DNA of 64,000 bases, from assembly GCA_950097015.1 (NCBI GenBank), contig CATNEN010000031.1, positions 1,116,001 to 1,180,000 on the forward strand, read 5' to 3'. Shown here one piece after another: positions 58,430 to 64,000 of this stretch (positions are counted from its first letter, which is position 1; each line of letters opens with the position of its first letter). The position numbers and the translations under genes were made by a program. The notes beneath the pieces are model-generated. The model was given only the letters and a program-made list of their open reading frames with translations, made no database searches and was not told where the DNA came from. Origin of the DNA: Macrostomum hystrix (lineage: Eukaryota; Animalia; Platyhelminthes).

Positions 58430-58790
58430 TTTTTCTAGGAAACGAACTAGGATGATTACATATGCATATTTTCTAGGAAACGAACTAGGATGATTACATA
58501 TGCATATTTTCTAGGAAACGAACTAGGATGATTACATATGCATATTTTCTAGGAAACGAACTAGGATGATTACATATGCATATTTTCTAGGAAACCAACT
58601 AGGATGATTAATTGTGTACTTTTCCAGGAATCGAACTGGAATGATTACATATGCTTATTTTCTAGGAAACCAACTAGGATGATTACATATTCTAGGAAAC
58701 TTATTCTAGAAGATTACATTTTCTAGGAAACCAACTAGGATGATTAACTGTGTGTTTTTCCAGGAATCGAACTGGAATGATTACATATGT
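58430..58790. repeat. Minisatellite, 38-bp unit
   Basis: aacgaactaggatgattacatatgcatattttctagga, about 9 copies, degenerating. Confidence 0.9.
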
Positions 58791-59374
58791 ATTTTTCACA
58801 ATGTTCGCTTCTCGGTCAGTGGGTATTTGTTTAACGCTTCTCTCTTAGGTCTCGGAACTAATGTTAAGCCTTATTATTTAACACGGACTAGTTATTTGCT
58901 ACTTTGGGTGGTCCATGGTCAGAATAAGTAGCAATTAAAGAAAGCATTTGTTTGCTTATCACCCCTGACGCGACTTGCAATTATTTCGTTCGTTATGACA
59001 AAAAATTTTGTTCGATTTTAATGGAATGTATTGCCTTTGTGATTCCTATGTTGCTGATTAATTAGCTTTTTATAGCTTTTTTCAGACATCATTCGCTGCG
59101 TGCCCACAGAATTAGTAACTATTCTGTGCAAAAATTTGTTTGTTTATGCGCATGTGTGCCATGAAATTCTCTGCCCGACTAAGTGCCATGAACTGTAAGT
59201 AATATAGAGTTGCGAACCTGTGTTTATCTTCAACTAGAACGATCACTTAAATCAAAGTATAAACTGCTGTTTGACAAGAGAGTCAAAGCTCTGGATTTCT
59301 TGGTGTTCCATTATCTAAGACAAGCGCACATTTTTTCGCTAATTTTTTTCTGCGTGATGGGTAAGTGGCAATGG

Positions 59375-61450
59375 TTTGTGTTCAGTGAGGTGGATGGGTT
59401 GTGTTCAGTGTGATGGATGGTTTGTGGTCAATGTGATGTATGGGTTGTGTTCAGTGTGATGGATGGTTTGTGTTCAGTGTGATGGATGGGTTGTGTTTAG
59501 TGTGATGGATGGTTTGTGTCAGTGTGATGGATGGGTTGTGTTCAGTGTGATGGATGGGTCAGTGTGATGGATGGGTTGTGTTCAGTGTGATGGATGGTTT
59601 GTGGTCAATGTGATGGATGGGTTGTGTTCAGTGTGATGGATGGGTTGTGTTCAGTGTGATGGATGGGTTGTGTTCAGTGAGGTGGATGGGTTGTGTTCAG
59701 TGTGATGGTTGGTTTGTGTTCAGTGAGGTGGATGGGTTGTGTTCAGTGTGATGGATGGTTTGTGGTCAATGTGATGGATGGGTTGTGTTCAGTGTGATGG
59801 ATGGGTTGTGTTCAGTGTGATGGATGGGTTGTGTTCAGTGTGATGGATGGGTTGTGTTCAGTGTGATGGATGGTTTGTGGTCAATGTGATGGATGGGTTG
59901 TGTTCAGTGTGATGGATGGGTTGTGTTCAGTGTGATGGATGGGTTGTGTTCAGTGTGATGGATGGGTTGTGTTCAGTGTGATGGATGGGTTGTGTTCAGT
60001 GTGATGGATGGTTTGTGTTCAGTGTGATGGATGGGTTGTGTTCAGTGTGATGGATGGGTTGTGTTCAGTGTGATGGATGGTTTGTGTTCAGTGAGGTGGA
60101 TGGGTTGTGTTCAGTGTGATGGATGGGTTGTGTTCAGTGTGATGGATGGGTTGTGTTCAGTGTGATGGATGGTTTGTGTTCAGTGTGATGGATGGGTCAG
60201 TGTGATGGTTGGGTTGTGTTCAGTGTGATGGATGGGTTGTGTTCAGTGTGATGGATGGTTTGTGTTCAGTGAGGTGGATGGGTTGTGTTCAGTGTGATGG
60301 ATGGGTTGTGTTCAGTGTGATGGATGGGTTGTGTTCAGTGTGATGGATGGTTTGTGTTCAGTGTGATGGATGGGTCAGTGTGATGGTTGGGTTGTGTTCA
60401 GTGTGATGGATGGGTTGTGTTCAGTGTGATGGATGGGTTGTGTTCAGTGTGATGGATGGGTCAGTGTGATGGATGGGTTGTGTTCAGTGTGATGGATGGG
60501 TTGTGTTCAGTGTGATGGATGGGTTGTGTTCAGTGTGATGGATGGGTTGTGTTCAGTGTGATGGATGGGTTGTGTCAGTGTGATGGATGGGTTGTGTTCA
60601 GTGTGATGGATGGGTCAGTGTGATGGATGGGTTGTGTTCAGTGTGATGGATGGTTTGTGTTCAGTGTGATGGATGGGTCAGTGTGATGGATGGGTTGTGT
60701 CAGTGTGATGGATGGGTTGTGTTCAGTGTGATGGATGGTTTGTGTTCAGTGTGATGGATGGGTCAGTGTGATGGATGGGTTGTGTCAGTGTGATGGATGG
60801 GTTGTGTTCAGTGTGATGGATGGTTTGTGTTCAGTGTGATGGATGGGTCAGTGTGATGGATGGGTTGTGTCAGTGTGATGGATGGTTTGTGTTCAGTGTG
60901 ATGGATGGGTCAGTGTGATGGATGGGTTGTGTCAGTGTGATGGATGGGTTGTGTCAGTGTGATGGATGGGTTGTGTTCAGTGTGATGGATGGGTCAGTGT
61001 GATGGATGGGTTGTGTTCAGTGTGATGGATGGGTCAGTGTGATGGATGGGTTGTGTTCAGTGTGATGGATGGGTTGTGTTCAGTGTGATGGATGGGTTGT
61101 GTTCAGTGTGATGGATGGGTTGTGTTCAGTGTGATGGATGGGTTGTGTTCAGTGTGATGGATGGTTTGTGTTCAGTGTGATGGATGGGTCAGTGTGATGG
61201 ATGGGTTGTGTTCAGTGTGATGGATGGGTTGTGTTCAGTGTGATGGATGGGTTGTGTCAGTGTGATGGATGGGTTGTGTTCAGTGTGATGGATGGGTCAG
61301 TGTGATGGATGGGTTGTGTTCAGTGTGATGGATGGGTTGTGTTCAGTGTGATGGATGGGTCAGTGTGATGGATGGGTTGGGTCAGTGTGATGGATGGGTC
61401 AGTGTGATGGATGGGTTGTGTTCAGTGTGATGGATGGGTCAGTGTGATGT
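59375..61450. repeat. GT-rich minisatellite, 23-bp unit (gggttgtgttcagtgtgatggat) with 16-bp variants
   Basis: About 95 units. Confidence 0.97.
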
Positions 61451-62547
61451 ATAGCAGGAAATGGTTGTAAGTACATTTTTCTGACTGGTTTTGTTTGACT
61501 GTTGTTAATTTAAAGTCTTCAAATCTGCGTTAGAATTGGTCATTTTAAACAAATTAATTCTAGCCTCAAGTGTCTAAGCGTGCGAATCAGGTGTTTTAGA
61601 ATTGCTTGATGACTATCACTTAACGAAGCCTTGAAGCTTGATGCGACCATCCGCGTGCCTTAGGCTGCAGCCAACAGCTGAATAAACAATTGGCCGGCCT
61701 CTACTCCTGCATCTAAGTGCTGCAGAAATTATTTGCTTTTCATCTTTGCTGCATGTACAGCGTTCATTTCGTGCATCGCTGTTTAACAAATGCTAAATAA
61801 ACTGAACTTCTTAGTCTTGATTTATAAGTTGAAACTATGAAAAAATGTTTTGTTTGACGCATACTTTCAACGTTAGCTAAGCGGCACACAGTGCTTGTGC
61901 GAAATTTTCAGCATTCTTGACAATGTCCCATCATCTTAATGGCCTGGTAGGACAAGCTCAGCGAATTGTTACTGCTCTGCTACTACTCAATCTCAGCGGT
62001 GAGTGGTTAATCCTAGTTTCTCTACACAAAAACAATTTCGAATGAATTTCGCAATGTCTGTGGCCCCTACCCGCTGAACGATGCTCAATGTCTATGGCTT
62101 GACTTAACATCGTGTCGTAGAATGAACCCAGGCGTACATGTAGTATATCATTTTTCGCTTGATCTACAGCAAAGATTATAAATACCCTTTACCCTTTAAA
62201 AAGGTATTTATAATCTTTGATCTACAGTGGCAGAGCGCCGCGCTCTCCCTATAGTCTATGGCTTAAACGGTTGGCTGGGGAGCCAATGACTTAATCCAAT
62301 TGACGGCCCAAAATCACAGACGCACTGATGAATAGAGGTGAGAGTAGATACCGCTCGATCGATTGAATGTTAACGTTAAAACAGTCGTGTCAATAAAAAT
62401 AGGTTGACAAAATAAACAAAAATCCACTTCTGACGCTGAAAGAGTTGAGAGATCTGCTACAGAAACGCCAGAGATTTCAGAAGTTTTTCTAGGAGCTGAT
62501 GCAGGCTGTCAATTGTTGGAGCCATTGGCTAGGGACTGCGGGGCCTT

Positions 62548-62950
62548 TAACAGTAGAACTACCAAAGGGGGGAATTTTCACCGCCTGGCAATATTTTGTG
62601 CTACATCCGAAAGGAGTAACGCAAGCACACGAAACTCAAGAACACGGGCCAACTTTTTGTTGCGCATCTTCTGAAACAAGAATCAAGTCGCCAGCTCTTC
62701 CGACCGTCGAGATATTCAATATTTCTGGTCGAAGGTCAGATTTTTCCCATAAGCGCTAGTGTATTTCATACACCCCTATACACGAATTAGCACTGCGCCT
62801 CAGTGCGGACTTGCTGGCCTTAAAAATTTAAAGGACCCCCTCGCCTAGTCGGTCAACCAATCAGTCACCACCCAACGCTGTTAGCCTTCAGGCGCTGCCA
62901 AAAATGTTTCAGGATTCCCCTTTAGTATAAAAACGGGCGGCAAAATGTCA
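62548..62950 (-). repeat. Dispersed repeat, inverted sister of 22188-22755
   Basis: Reverse-complement similarity, lacking ~22320-22500 of the other copy. Confidence 0.7.
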
Positions 62951-63061
62951 AGTGTGACGCTCTCAAATGTCAAATGCTCACAAACTGTAGCTCGACATAT
63001 CTTAATGTCTTAAGGTGTAATTAGTGCGCAAGTACAGTTAAAAAAAACTATCCCTTTAAAA

Positions 63062-64000
63062 ATGCCAGTCGTTCAAAGCGGCGGTGTGCTGCTCAGATCG
63101 CGAATCATCATACAGAACGCCTGGCAGTCCTCTGTATCTCAGCAGTGCTTCAATACTAATTTGAGAAATGTGGCCGACACAACCTCAGCGTCTTATCGTT
63201 CGGGAAATACTAGCGGCCTGCAGTGGCTGCTGCTCGAACTGGAGAGCCCTGTCCGCTTGCTGTCCGTCACCGTTTTGACAAACTGTCAGTCATCCACTAT
63301 TCAGCTTATATTAGCTTTGGATGGTCTTCAGGGACTCAGCTAGTCTTCAGCGAGTGATATCAGGGACAGCGAGTGATATCAGGGACAGCGAGTGATATCA
63401 GGGACAGCGAGTGATGTCAGGGACAGCGAGTGATGTCAGGGACAGCGAGTGATGTCAGGGACAGCGAGTGATGTCAGGGACAGCGAATGATGTCAGGGAC
63501 AGCGAGTGATCTCAGGGACAGCGAGTGATCTCAGGGACAGCGAGTGATGTCAGGGACAGCGAATGATGTCAGGGACAGCGAGTGGTATCAGGGGTAGCGA
63601 ATGATGTCAGGGACAGCGAGTGATATCAGGGGTAGCGAGTGATATCAGGGGTAGCGAGTGATATCAGGGACAGCGAGTGATGTCAGGGACAGCGAGTGAT
63701 ATCAGGGGTAGCGAGTGATATCAGGGACAGCGAGTGATGTCAGGGATAGCGAGTGATATCAGGGGTAGCGAGTGATATCAGGGACAGCGAGTGATGTCAG
63801 GGACAGCGAGTGATGTCAGGGACAGCGAGCGATATCAGGGACAAGGGTAGCGATAGATTTACAATGCTAATTTTATCTTATTTTCATCAGCTAAGGGCCA
63901 AGGCGCGCTACTGGATGTTTTGATCGGCGACAAACGTCCAGATTTGAGTATGGTCTCTGACTGCCGGTCGACCATTGATAATAACGACCGGCTTCTGGAG
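63062..64000 (+). CDS. Partial gene with a discoidin/fucolectin-like beta-sandwich domain (runs off right edge)
   Basis: Exon to 63284 (aac t|gtcagt) joins in phase to 63891 (ttttcatcag|ct), giving QWLLLELESPVRLLSVTVLTNSKGQGALLDVLIGD...DC. This resembles F5/8C/fucolectin W-L-x-V-D-L strands. The start is uncertain. Confidence 0.45.
63350..63845. repeat. Intronic minisatellite, 19-bp unit (agcgagtgatatcagggac)
   Basis: About 26 copies. Confidence 0.95.

Noticed and set aside
59375-61450. Telomere-like or G-quadruplex array (gggtt)
   Set aside because: The unit is 23 bp with a single GGG, not TTAGGG; it is an ordinary minisatellite.

Overview
Eukaryotic (animal) genomic DNA: GC-rich spliced exons, AT-rich introns and about 20 different minisatellite arrays. 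The style resembles a free-living flatworm such as Macrostomum, which is an inference only. Host genes: TPC2-like two-pore channel (minus, runs off the left edge), FBXW9-like F-box/WD40 (minus), CLP1 RNA kinase (minus), an intronless orphan rhodopsin-type GPCR (plus), a candidate unknown multi-exon gene (minus), a lysosomal histidine acid phosphatase (plus), MGAT1/GlcNAc-TI (plus), and the start of a discoidin/fucolectin-like gene at the right edge. Mobile elements: a full-length 6.15-kb APE-RT-RNase H non-LTR retrotransposon (LOA/Lian-like, 14-bp TSD) antisense in the phosphatase intron, an internally deleted P-superfamily transposon, hAT-type, P-type and GG-terminal MITEs, two tRNA-derived SINE families, mariner and Merlin-like remnants, and a Helitron-like 3' end. 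Best finding: the retrotransposon 5' end folds by hand into a complete HDV-like double-pseudoknot ribozyme. Its predicted cleavage site (G1, 42418) is exactly the element/TSD junction. It has a covarying A-U P1.1 pair and a ~155-nt J1/2 insert closed by its own stem. Also notable: a possible CLP1-FBXW9 operon interrupted by the P element, MITEs carrying expanding minisatellites, and a 3.7-kb array of decoy 3' splice sites. All structures and splice models were derived by eye and need computational and experimental confirmation.
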